From Octopus sinensis (taxonomy: Eukaryota), in NCBI RefSeq assembly GCF_006345805.1, contig NC_042997.1:197284001-197348000 (forward strand): 64,000 nt of DNA, given 5' to 3'. The notes under the pieces are model-generated. The model searched no databases and was not told the DNA's origin. It saw only the letters and a program-made list of their open reading frames with translations. Shown piece after piece: positions 1 through 12,200 of this stretch. Made by a program: the position numbers and the translations under genes. How positions within the stretch are numbered: position 1 is the stretch's first letter; each line of letters begins with the position of its first letter.

Positions 1-1350
1 ATGGTACTGGTTGTGGTGGTGGTGGTGATAGTGGTGGTGGTGGCGGTGGTGATGGTGGTCGTGGTGGAGAGGCATGATATTGGTGGTGGTGGTAAGGAAG
101 GTGACGGTGGTTGTGGTGGTTGTTGATCAACGTGGTCTACAGTGATACTGCGGGTTGTGGTGGTGGTGGTGGTGGTTGCGGTCGTGCTGATGATGCTGAT
201 GATGCTAGAGTCTACGGTGGTGATGGTGGTGGTGACGGAGGTAGCGGTGATGGTGGTGGCGGGGTAAGGACTTGTTTCTTCACTGGTAGCAGAATTAGAA
301 CCCCGCTGCCGCCAGTCACCGCCACCGCCACTGCCACCACCACCACCACCACCACCACCACCACCACCACACTTCCCCACCACCATCACCACCACCACTA
401 TCACCACCACCACCACCACCACCACCATCACCACCACTTCCACCACCACTATCACCACCACACCACCACCATCACCACCACTTCCACCACCACTATCACC
501 ACCACCACACCACCACCACCATCAACCACCACTTCCACCACCACTTCCACCACCATCAACACCACCACCACCACCACCACCACCACCACCACACACCATC
601 ACCACCACTTCCACCACCACCATCACCATCACCACCACCACTATCACCACCACCACCACCACCACCACCAACAACCACCACCACCATCCACCACCACCAC
701 CACACCACCACCACCACCACCACACACACCACCACCACCCCATCACCACCACCATCACCATCACCACCACCACCACCACCATCACCACCACCACTATCAC
801 CACCACCACCACCACCATCACCACCACTTCCACCACCACCATCACCACCACCACTATCACCACCACACCACCACCATCACCACCACTCCACCACCACCAT
901 CACCACCACCACTATCACCACCACCACCACCACCACCACCACCACACCACCATCACCACCCACTATCACCACCACCACCACCACCACACCACCATCACCA
1001 CCACCACCACTTCCACCACCACCATCACCACCACCACACCACCATCACACCACCATCACCACATCACCACCACCACCACCACCTCACCACCACCACCACC
1101 CCATCACCACCACCATCACCATCACCACCACTTCCACCCCACCACCACCACCACCATCACCCCACCACTTCCACCACCACCATCACCACCACCCACCACC
1201 ACCACCACCATCACCACCACCACCACCACCATCACCACCACCATCACACCACCACCACCACCACCATCACCACCACCACCCCATCACCATCACCACCATC
1301 ACCACCATTCCACCACCACCACCACCACCACCACCACCATCACCACCACC
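1..1350. repeat. Degenerate (GGT)n block (1-265) followed by a long (ACC/CAC)n block (300-1350)
   Basis: Trinucleotide low-complexity sequence read directly; the poly-His/Thr/Pro ORFs are by-products. Confidence 0.95.
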
Positions 1351-1429
1351 GCCGCTGCATTAAAACATTCAATTCAAACACTAAATAATGTACGACAGAA
1401 ATAGACAATGGAGAAAAAATAAAATTGTC

Positions 1430-1925
1430 CCTTCTTTCCCCGGCTCTGTCCTCTCTCTCCCTCTCTTTCCCTCTCTTTCCCTCTCTCTCCCTCTCTCTTT
1501 CTCCCTCTCTTTCCCTCTCTCTCCCTCTCTCTTTCTCCCTCTCTTTCTTTATCGCCCTCTCTCCCGTCTTCTTTCTCCCTTTCCTCTCTCTCCTTCTCTC
1601 CGTCCGTCTCTCTATCTCTCTTTCTCTCTTACCTCTCTCTCACCTTTTCTCTCTCCCTCTTTTCTTCCCCTCTCCTCTCTCCCTCTCTTTCCCTCTCTCT
1701 CTTCTCTCTCTCTCTCTCTCTTTCTTTATCACCTTCCCTCCCGTCTTCTTTCTCCCTCTCTCTCTCTCCCTTCCCTCTCTCTCCCTCTCTCCGTCCTTCT
1801 CTCTACCTCTCTTTCTCTTTTACCTCTCTCTCTCTCTCTCTCTCACCCTTTCTCTCTCTCCCTCTTTTCTACCCCTCTCCTCTATTCCTTCTTCTGTCCC
1901 TCTCTTGCTTCTCCCCCCACCCTTC
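1430..1925. repeat. CT-rich polypyrimidine simple repeat, about 0.5 kb
   Basis: Almost purine-free (CT)n/(CCTCT)n tract. Confidence 0.95.
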
Positions 1926-2360
1926 ACCATGTCAGGTCGCCAATATAATTGTTACATTTGTGTTTCCAGAACAAAATAAAAAAAGAAGCAAGAAAATACA
2001 TTTCTTTAAGAAGAATTTCACTTTCTTTGAAACATATGTTCGGATGTCTGTGACATCGGCGACGGCGGCGGCGGTGATGGTTGTGGTGGAAATAGTGTGG
2101 AAGCTACCGTTAGTAGGTGTCGAGGTGCTATGATGATGGCTTTGCAAGGTGAGGATGAAGGTAATGTGTATTCTTAACAGTAAGATCTGGCTGTGTTCTA
2201 TTTATATGTTTGGCTATTCTTAGTACACTTTCATATCCTTATTGTAATGGAGCTTAGGTAAGTATATCTCTGTATGTAACCGAAACACTGCCAGCATCTT
2301 CCTCTCATCACCTACTAGCTCACATCCTTCTTAACTCAAACCTCTCGCTATCTCTTATAC

Positions 2361-2562
2361 AAGTGCTTTTCAAACTTTTTGCTGGAGCGGAACCCCAAGG
2401 AAATATTCCACTGGCTCGAGGAACCCCTGTGCAATAATTTAATAAGTCTTATGCACACATATCTGCACAGGAGAATTAAAAATTACTGCCGATTTTAGCA
2501 GTTTTGTAACTTCTTGCGGAACCCCTGGACTGTACTGGCGGAACCCTGGTTGTAAACCACTG
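2361..2562. mobile_element. hAT-type MITE (CAGTGCTTTTCAAAC family), copy 1
   Basis: Terminal inverted repeats (TIRs) (A)AGTGCTTTTCAAAC / GTAAACCACTG; 8-bp TSD TCTTATAC at 2353-2360 and 2563-2570; related copies at 12989 and 17340. Confidence 0.9.
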
Positions 2563-2889
2563 TCTTATACTAACCTTCTCTTCAAATTATGAAGGGAATG
2601 TAGAGCAAAGATGCATGACATCGAACAGAATAGGTCGCTGGACAAATGGATTAGTTGACTTGCTCAGGGTTTAGTTTGATCCGGACCTCCTAATAGAGAG
2701 GAACTGGGACGAGATTAAGCAGAAATGGGCTGAGAGAAAATTATCCCTGAAACGTCGAGCAGAAGTGGCGAATGCCTTGGTCGCTTCTGTAGTAACTGAC
2801 CACCCTACTGTTGTGCCTTGCCCTTGATCCCATCTGGCCAAACTGAAGCTTTTACTTTTCCGTTTCCACTGGTCATACGGTCCATCTGT

Positions 2890-3218
2890 ATAGGATCGCG
2901 GTTTCGATTCCCAGACCGGGTGTTGTGAGTGTTTATTGAGCGAAAACACCTAAAGCTCCACGAGGCTCCGGCAGGGAGTGGTGGTGAACCCTGCTGTACT
3001 CTTTCACCACAACTTTCTCTCGCTCTTTCTTCCTGTTTCTGTTGTACCTGTATTTCAAAGGACCAGCCTTGTCACGCTGAATCTCCTCGAGAACTACGTT
3101 AAGGGTACACGTGTCTGTGGAGTGCTCAGCCACTTGCACATTAATATCACGAGCAAGCTGTTCCGTTGATCGTATCAGCTGGGACCCTCATCGTCGCAAC
3201 CGACGGAGTGCTCCTACC
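2890..3218 (+). mobile_element. tRNA-derived SINE family D, 5'-truncated
   Basis: Reverse-complement match to 6826-7208; 14-bp TSD TACGGTCCATCTGT at 2876-2889 and 3219-3232. Confidence 0.9.
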
Positions 3219-3870
3219 TACGGTCCATCTGTTGCCAGCACCTTCAGGAAGGCGGGTTTGGCATGTTGTGGCTGCTGATGCGCAGACATGCGTTAAGGCT
3301 ACATCACCTGCAGATTTTCCTGGACTCTGAGTGATGTGGTCTCTGTCTGTAAATCACACCTTTCCGAAGTTCAACTCTTGAACGGAGCCAGAGTCCTGGG
3401 TCAAGAAAGACCAAGATTGGGAGCTCGGCATCTGGTATCTCGTCAGACGCTCAACTGAGCAATGGGAACAGTGAAAATTTTAGTGAGTAAATATATAGAG
3501 ACCTGGTGGTGGATAAGAGTGATAACGTTCTCGGGGAAACGCTGGATGTTGACGAGGATGAACTCGCTAGTTTATTTTAGATAACTTTCGGACTGAGAGC
3601 TACCATTGATTACTTCCGGAAATCCTTAACCTGACAGTGCTACCGAAGGGCATTGCCGATTGGAAATAAACTCTACGAGCAGGCAAATGCCACCGGGCGG
3701 AACTGCTCGAGATGAGAGTACAGAGATGAAACCGTATGGTACGCACTCGTGCAGTGTTCCAGCTTTACTGACTTGTAAAACGAATCCAACTATCTACTGA
3801 GTCCAAGGTGAGGATCTCCACACCACACGCTTTTAACAAGACAGGGCAAGCGGTGTTCCTCCGTCTAAAG

Positions 3871-4412
3871 CAACGGTTCCCAACCTGTGGTCTGCGGGCT
3901 CTTTGTGGTCCGCAAAGGTAGTACTGGGGGTCCGTGTACTAAATTCAAAATTTCATAATGATCTTTCTTTCTTGGCCTGACTGCCGATCGCTAACAGCTC
4001 TTATGTCCATCTCCTATGTTCCTGCCTTAAGGCTTTCACTTTATACACCCCATCTCAGCTTGATTCGCCCTCAGTCGAAAGACACCTGTTGTCATATTCT
4101 TGTTGTTTGTATTTGTAATATTGTACCATGTTCTCCATTTTTTGTCTCTGTTGTCGTACACATTCGCTAGCTTTCTTACAAAAAATCTAATGCTCTTAGC
4201 TTAGACTTTTTGAGGGGCAACCAGATCAAAGTTTCAAGTGTAACTGCCCGAAACTGTAAGGATATCTGGTAACTTGACTGACGAAAGAAGGCCACGAATG
4301 ACTCGTCCTTTTTTTTTTTTTTCCTGTCCCTCTAATTGTTGTTTTTCCTGTCCGCCTTTGCATCGTCTATTTGTCTGGATGTTTTATTGTCCTCTATTGC
4401 GTTTTTGTTCCA

Positions 4413-4460
<48 letters not shown>

Positions 4461-4539
4461 GCATATTACAAGGAGTGTCCATAGGAAAACTCATTTAAAT
4501 AAAAGGGGTCCTTGGTAGTGAAACGGTTAGGAACCACTG
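3871..4539. mobile_element. Non-autonomous hAT element, 669 bp
   Basis: Ends CAACGGTTCCCAACC / GGTTAGGAACCACTG; 8-bp TSD GTCTAAAG at 3863-3870 and 4540-4547. Confidence 0.85.
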
Positions 4540-4984
4540 GTCTAAAGGCTATGGTGAAATTGGCTGTGTGGTGGGCGAGGCTGAAAAAAATTGAGGAAAG
4601 TCACTTTCCTCTTGGGTCTAGCTCTTAACAACTTTTTAAAGTTCCATCTGGAAAGGAAAGTAGGAGTGAGGCGGGAAGTACTCCCTCTCTCTCTCTCTCT
4701 TTCCCTCTCTCTCTCTCTCTTTCTCTCTCTCTCTTTCTATCTCTCTCAGCGAATTTGTAAAACGGTAGGCGACTGAGGTAAAAATGGTCGGGTTGAATGA
4801 GCCTACTGTAAGCACGCAGCCAAAGATGGGAGGACAACGGTTGGGCAAAAGGCAAAGGCTTGTGTTCTTGGTTGTCAGAGTGATCCAGGAACTGTGAGAC
4901 TCCTTGACTGGCCTTAGTGGGAAGTTCACCTGATCAGGAGGATTGCATCATTCATGTGTTCACATATTTTGTACACTCTTTCTC

Positions 4985-5379
4985 TTTTCTCTTTGACTTG
5001 TTTCAGTCATTTGACTGCGGCCATGCTGGAGCACCGCCTTTAGTCGAGCAAATCAACCCCGGAACTTATTCTTTGTAAACCCAGTACTTATTCTATCGGT
5101 CTCTTTTGCCGAACCGCTAAGTGACGGGGACGTAAACACACCAGCATCGGTTGTCAAGCGATGCTAGGGGGACAAACACAGACACACAAACATATACACA
5201 CACACATATATATATACGACAGGCTTCTTTCAGTTTCCGTCTACCAAATCCACTCACAAGACATTGGTCGGCTCGGGGCTATAGCAGAAGACACTTGCCC
5301 AAGATGCCACGCAGTGAGACTGAACCCGGAACCATGTGGTTGGTAAGCAAGCTACTTACCACACAGCCACTCCTGCGCC
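4985..5379 (-). mobile_element. tRNA/CORE-type SINE family A (about 400 bp, internal TA/CA microsatellite)
   Basis: Near-identical to copies at 7528, 8135, 13320, 18130, 30452 and 43709; head GGAGTGGCTGTGTGGTAAG...GGTTCAGTC. Confidence 0.9.
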
Positions 5380-5537
5380 TATTATACACTAATGTATACG
5401 TTTAGCTTATTTCTTCCTCCTCTTCCTTTCTTACCCTCATCTTTTTAAGTAAACTTCCACACAAGTTGTAAACTGTGAATCGACAGTTCTCATGTTGCGA
5501 CAACTATATCCGAAACAACGCAATATTTGTTTGGATC

Positions 5538-6470
5538 AAGGTGGCGAGATGGCAGAAGCGTTAGCGAGTTGGCAGAAACGTTTTGGGGGTCGATAAATTA
5601 AGTACCAGTTGCGAACTGGGGTCTATCAAATCAACTGGCCCCCTCCCCAAAAAGTTCAGGTCTTGTGCCTAGAGAAGAAAAGAATATTTATTCGGATCAC
5701 GGCAGCAAGCTGGCAGAAACGTTAGCACGCAGGGCGAAATGCTTAGCGGTGTTTCGTCTGCCGTTACGTTCTGAGTTCAAATTCCGTCAAGGTCGACTTT
5801 GCCATTCATGCTTTCGGGGTCGATAAATTAAGCACCAGTTACGCACTGGGGTCGATGTAATCGACTTAATACCTATGTCTGTCCTTGTTCGTCCCCTCTA
5901 TGTTTAGCCACTTGTGGGTAATAAAGAAATAGGTATTTCGTCTGCCGTTACGTTTTGAGTTGAAATTCCGTCAAGGTCGACTTTGCCATTCATCCTTTCG
6001 GGGTCGATAAATTAATTACTAGTTACGTACTGGGGTCGATGTAATCGACTTAATTCGTTTGTCTGTCCTTGTTTGTCCTCTCTGTGTTTAGCCCCTTGTG
6101 GGTAGTAAAGAAATAGGTATTTCGCCTGTCGCTACGTTCTGAGTTCGACTTTGCCTTCCATCCTTTCGGGGTGGATAAATTAAGTACCAGTTACACACTG
6201 GAGTCGATCTAATCGACTTAATCCCTTTGTATGTCCTTGTTTGTCCCCTCTATGTTTAGCCCCTTGTGGGTAGTAAAGAAATAGGAAACGTTAAGCACGG
6301 CGATATTTCGTCTGTCTTTACGTTCTGAGTTCAAACTCCGCCGAGATCGACTTTGCCTTTCATCCTTTCGGGATCGATAAATTAAGTACCAGTTGCATGC
6401 TGGAAACGATCTAATCGACTGGCCCCCCTCCCCAATATTTTCGGGCCTTCTACCTCGAGTAGAAAAGAAA
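5538..6470 (+). mobile_element. SINE family B tandem array (monomer plus multimer with about 180-bp internal repeats)
   Basis: Repeated GTTCTGAGTTCAAATTCCG...GGGGTCGATAAATTAAGTACCAG units; 3' cap TTGTGCCTAGAGTAGAAAAG. Confidence 0.88.
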
Positions 6471-6825
6471 ATATTTATTCGGATCCTCACGAAATCTCAA
6501 TGACAGTTGTACTGTATAATGGGCATCCGTCATTACAACTAAATTGCTAAGATAGTCTGCGTTAATTATAACTTCCTCCTCATAATATATATCATCTTCA
6601 ATTAAAATCGATAAATATTATATTTGAAATTCGTCTTAATTCGAATGTGTAACCCTCAATAAGTAAAATACAAACACAATTTCAGTTAAACAAGGGAGGT
6701 AACTTTAGAAGATGTGTTTTTAGAGTTTACTCCCTTGGATTTCCTTTACCTTCGTCCATTTCAAAATTAATTTAATCTAAGAATTTTCTGAAAGGTGAAC
6801 GTGTGTACTGTGCATGTGTGTACAT

Positions 6826-7208
6826 TTGGAAGCACTCCGTCGGTTACGACGACGAGGGTTCCGGTTGATCCGATCAACGGAACAGCCTGCTCGTGAAATT
6901 AACGTGTAAGTGGCTGAGCACTCCACAGACACGTGTACCTTTAACTCAGTTCTCGGGGATATTCAGCGTGAGACAGAGAGTGACAAGGCCGACCCTTTGA
7001 AAAACAGGTACAACAGAAACAGGAAGTAAGAGTGAGAGAAAGTTGTGGTGAAAGAGTACAGCAGGGATCACCACCATCCCTGTCGGAGCCTCGTGGAGCT
7101 TTAGGTGTTTTCGCTCAATAAACACTCACAACGCCCGGTCTGGGAATCGAAACCGCGATCCTACGACCGCGAGTCCGCTGCGCTAACCACTGGGCCATTG
7201 CGCCTCCA
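6826..7208 (-). mobile_element. tRNA-derived SINE family D, full length
   Basis: tRNA-like head GGAGGCGCAATGGCCCAGTGGTTAG...GGTTTCGATTCC; 13-bp TSD CATGTGTGTACAT at 6813-6825 and 7209-7221. Confidence 0.9.
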
Positions 7209-7527
7209 CATGTGTGTACATACATACACACACACATACAGAATGAGTGACGGCTTATAATTTTTTCTGGTAACACAGTAGAAAATAGTATTAACTTATA
7301 AAAAAAAAAACCTATAATTATGGTTACACAAACGAAATTCCACGTCCTTACAAGTAAGTGATCAATAATTTTTGGAGGTGAAACCAGGACCATTGGATTT
7401 GAATCCGATCCCACAAAGTGACGCTTTGAGAAAAATGTTTTCTGCTAAATCTCCGAGTTAACCGCTATCTTATGGCTAAAATATCTTAGATGGAAACCAG
7501 CCGCATTTGTCCATGTGTGGAATGTGT

Positions 7528-7925
7528 ATGTGGCTGTGTGGTAAGTAGCTTGTTTACCAACCGCATGGTTCCGGGTTCAGTCCCACTGCGTAACACCTTG
7601 GGCAAGTGTCTTCTACTATAGCCTCGGGCCGACCAAAGCCTTGTGAGTGGATTTGGTAGACGGAAACTGAAAGAAGCCCATCGTATATATGTATATATAT
7701 ATGTATGTGTATGTGTATATGTTTGTGTGTCTGTGTTTGTCCCCCCAACATCGCTTGACAACCGATGCTGGTGTGTTTACGTCCCCGTAACTTGGCGGTT
7801 GGGCAAAAGAGACCGATAGAATAAGTACTGGGCTTACAAAAGAATAAGTCCCGGGGTCGAGTTGCTCGACTAAAAGGTGGTGCTCCAGCATGGCCGCAGT
7901 CAAATGACTGAAACAAGTAAAAGAG
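7528..7925 (+). mobile_element. SINE family A
   Basis: Full-length match to the other family A copies. Confidence 0.9.
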
Positions 7926-8134
7926 TATGTGTGCATGTGTGTGTGTGTGTGTGTGTGTAAAAACATACTTTTAACAAAATTCGGGATGCGTGACGTTCGG
8001 TTGCTCACTAAACGAAGAATGCATTAAATACTACAAAACGTAGTGCATTTTTCATTTAGTGTGTGTGTGTGTGTGTCAAAAGCTTGTTTATTTTTTGTTT
8101 TTTGATCTATTATTAGTGTTACTCGTTACTCTGA

Positions 8135-8542
8135 CTCTTTTACTTGTTTCAGTCATTTGACTGCGGCCATGCTGGAGCACCGCCTTTTAGTCGAGCAAAT
8201 CGACTCCGGGACTTATTCTTTTGTAAGCCCAGTTACACAACGAAATTCTATCGGTCTCTTTTTGCCGAACCGCTAAGTGACGGGGACGTAAACACACCAG
8301 CATCTGTTGTCAAGCAATGCTAGGGGAACAAACACAGACACACAAACCCACACACACACATATATATACATATACATATATACGACAGGCTTCTTTCAGT
8401 TTCCATCTACCAAATCCACTCACAAGGCATTGGTCGGCCCGGGGCTATAGCAGAAGACACTTGCCCAAGATACCACGCAGTGGGACTGAACCCGGAACCA
8501 TGTGGTTGGTTAGCAAGCTACTTACCACACAGCCACTCCTGC
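8135..8542 (-). mobile_element. SINE family A
   Basis: Full-length match; inverted relative to the 7528 copy about 200 bp away. Confidence 0.9.
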
Positions 8543-8623
8543 TCCTGTTGCTTAATATGTTTTGCTAAAATTGCTGTTTCTTTTCAGATATCGTCAGAAA
8601 AAGGTAATTAAAAATTCATTAAA

Positions 8624-9182
8624 ATGACAGATCTATCGGACTTTCAAAGAGGTCAAATTGTTGGTGCTTGTATGGCAGGCGCTAGCGTAACAAAAACAGC
8701 CGAAATATTTGGTGCGTAAAGAAGTACTGTCTCGAAATTAATGACAGCCCTTGAGAAAGAGGGAAAAGCCTCCTCGTCGAAACAAAACTCCGGAAGAAGA
8801 CCAAAACTTTTAGATAGGGACCGTCGAACTCTTACACGAATTCTTAGAAAAGATCACAAAAGTACAGCTCCCAAAATTACTGCAGAGCTTAATGACCACC
8901 TCCAGAACCCAGTTTTCACAAAAACTGTTCACCAGGATCTGCACAAAGCCGGATTTCATGGGAGGGCTGCAATCAGAAAACCACTACTTTCAAAAACAAA
9001 CGTTGTAAAGCGTTTAGAGTTGGAGTAAAAACCTACAGAATTGGTCCCAAGAGCAGTGGAAGAGTGTTAATTTCTCGGACGAATCATCCTTTACCTTATT
9101 TCCGACCACCAGCTGAGTATACGTGCGGAGATAGCCAAAAGAAGCATTTGACCCAGACTCCCTTCTTCCAACTGTTAAACAT
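8624..9182 (+). pseudogene. Tc1-family transposase, N-terminal remnant (HTH domains to the first catalytic Asp)
   Basis: MTDLSDFQRGQIVGA...SGRRPKL...RAAIRKPLLS...FSDES; in-frame stops; truncated just before the satellite. Confidence 0.88.
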
Positions 9183-9236
9183 AAGCCGATAACTATATGC
9201 TAACTTCCCTAAACACGAGAATGGGAAAGCCACAAT

Positions 9237-12200
9237 GGTTTGTCGAACCGCTATGTCATTTTATCGATCTCATTTGGCGTACCGCTATGTCAATATATCA
9301 ATCCTGTTTGTCGAACCGCTAGTCATTTTATCGATCACGTTTGGCGAAACGCTAATTCATTTTATCGATCTTGTTTAGCGAACCGCTACATCATTTTATC
9401 GATCTTATTTGTCGAACCGCTACGTCTTTTGATCGATCTTGCTTGGCGAACCGCTATGTTATTTTATCGATCTCGTTTGTCGAACCGCTACGTCATTCAA
9501 TCGATCTTGCTTGGCGAACCGCTACGTCATTTTATCGATCTCGTTTGTCGAACCGCTACGTCATTTTATAGATCCCGTTTGGCGAACAGCTACGTCATTT
9601 TCTCGATCTGGTATGTCGAACCGCTACGTCATTTTATCGAAATGGTTTGGCGAACCGCTAAGTCATTTTATCAAACCCGTTTGGCGAACCGCTATGTCAT
9701 TTTATCGATCGCGTTTGGCGTACCGCTATATCAATATATCGATATCGTTTGGAGAACTGCTACATCTTTTTATCGATCTTGTTTGGCGAACAGCTACGTC
9801 ATTTTATCGATCTTGTTAGTCCAACCGCTATGTCATTTTATCGATCTCGATTGGCTAACCGCTACGTCATTTTATCGAATTCGTTTGGCTAACCGCTACG
9901 TCATTTTATCGAACCTGTTTGGCGAACCGCTACGTCATTTTATCGATCTCGTTTGGAGAACCGCTACATCATTTCATCGATCTCGTTTGTCGAACCGCTA
10001 ATTAATTTTATCGAACTCGTTTAACGAAACGCTATGTCATTTTATCGATCTCGTTTATCGAAACGCTACGTTATTTTATCGAACCAACTTGGCGAACCGG
10101 TCATTTTATCGATTTCGTTTGTCGAACCACTACGTCATTTTATCGAACTTGTTTGGCGAAACGCTACGTCAATATATCGATCTCGTTTGTCGAACCGCTA
10201 CGTCTTTTTATCGATCTCGTTTGGCGAACAGCTACGTCATTTTATCGATCTCGATTGGCTAACCGCTACGTCATTTTATCGAACCCGTTTGTCGAACCGC
10301 TATGTCATTTTATCGATCTCGTTTGGCGTACCGTTACATCTTTTTATCGATCTCGTATGTCGAACCGCTACGTCATTTTATCGATCTCGTTTGGCGAACA
10401 GCTACGTCATTTTATCGATCACGTATGTCGAACCGCTACGTCATTTTATCGATCTTGCTTGGGGAACCGCTAAGTCATTTTATCGATCACGTTTGTCGGA
10501 CCGCTATGTCATTTTATCGATCTTCTTTGGCGAAACGCTGTCATTTTATCGATCTCGTTTGTCGAACCACTAAGTCATTTTATCGATCTTGTTTGGTGAA
10601 ACGCTACGTCAATATATCGATCTCGTTTGGCGTACCGCTATGTCAATATATCGATCTTGTATGTCGAACCGCTAAGTCGATCTTGATTGGCTAACCGCTA
10701 CGTCATTTTATCGAACCCGTTTGGTTAACCGCTACGTCATTTAATCGAACCCGTTTGGCTAACCGCTACATCATTTTATCGAACCCGTTTGGCGAACTGC
10801 TACGTCATTTTATCAATCTTGTTTGGCCAACCGCTACGTCATTTTATCGATCTCGTTTGTCGAACCGCTATATCATTTTATCGATATCGTTTGGCGAAAG
10901 GCTACGTCATTTTATCGATCTCGTTTATCGAAACGCTACGTTATTTTATCCAAACAACTTGGCGAACCGCTACGTCATTTTATTAATCCCGTTTGGCGAA
11001 CCGCTACGTCATTTTATCGATCTTGTTTGTCGAACCACTACGTCATTTTATCGAACCAAATTGGCGAACCGGTGTGTCATTTTATCGATCTCGTTTGTCG
11101 AACCACTACGTCATTTTATCGATCTCGTTTGGCGAACCGCTAAGTCATTTTATCGATCTTGTTTAGTTCACCTCTACATCATTTTATCGATCTTGCTTGA
11201 CAAACCGCTACGTCATTTTAGCGATCTCATTTGTCGAACCACTATGTCATTTTATCGATCTCATTTCGCGTACCGCTATATCAATATATCGATCTCGTTT
11301 GTCGAACAGCTACGTCATTTTATCGATCTCGTATGTCGAACCGCTAAGTCATTTTATCGAAATCGTTTGACTAACCGCTAGGTCATTTTATCGATCTTGT
11401 TTGGCGAACCGTTATGTCAATTTATCGATTTCGTATGGCGAAACGCTACGTCATTTTATCGATATCGTTTGGCGAACAGCTACATATATCGTTTGGTGAA
11501 CCACTACTTCATTTTGTCGATCTTGCTTGACGAACCGCTAAGTCATTTTATCGATCGCGTTTGTCGCACCGCTACGTCATTTCATCGATCTCGTTTGACG
11601 AACCGTTACGTCATTTTCTCGATCTCGTTTGGCGAACCACTATGTCATTTTATTGATCTCGTTTTTCGAACCGCTATGTCATTTTATCGATCTCGTTTAG
11701 CGAAACGCTTTGTCATTTTATTGATATCGTTGATCTAACCGGTACGGCATTTTATCGAAACCGTTTGGCGAACCGCTATGTAAATTTATCGATCTCCTTT
11801 GGCGAATCGCTACGTCATTTTATCGATCTCATTTGGTGAACCGCTACGTCATTTTATCGTTCTCGTTTGGCGAACCGTTATGTCAATTTATCGATCCCGT
11901 TTATCGAACCGCTACATCATTTCATCAATCTCGTTTGGCTAGGTCATTTTATCGATCTTGTTTGGCGAACCGTTATGTCAATTTATCGAATTCGTATGGC
12001 GAAACGCTAGGTCATTTTATCGATATCGTTTGTTGAACAGCTACGTCATTTTATCGATCACGTTTGGCGATCCGCTGTCATTTTATCGATCTCGTATGGC
12101 AAACCGCTACGTTATTTTATCGATCTCGTTAGGCGAACCGCTATGTAATTTTATCGATCTCGCTTGGCGAACTGCTTTGTCAATATATCGATCTCTTGTG

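Larger units (their letters stand above)
2571..4960 (+). mobile_element. Degenerate Tx1/L1-clade LINE ORF2 3' remnant, interrupted by a SINE, a hAT MITE and a (CT)n tract
   Basis: My translation gives WAERKLSLKRRAEVANALVAS...LAKLKLLLFRFHW and CQHLQEGGFGMLWLLMRRHALRL, resembling the post-RT region of Tx1/L1 ORF2; stops and frameshifts are present. Confidence 0.65.

Noticed and set aside
111-1388. 425-aa His/Thr/Pro-rich ORF
   Set aside because: It is the translation of an (ACC)n simple repeat; all frames give homopolymer runs
1388-1979. Ser/Leu/Pro-rich ORFs
   Set aside because: They are translations of the (CT)n tract
4205-4270. GGGCA...TGCCC-GAAAC resembling hammerhead helix II
   Set aside because: The CUGANGA core is absent (CTTTTTGA) and there is no helix I/III with an NUH site; it is internal sequence of the hAT element
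7130-7208. tRNA-like sequence
   Set aside because: It is the head of SINE family D, with a TSD and a second copy, not a tRNA gene
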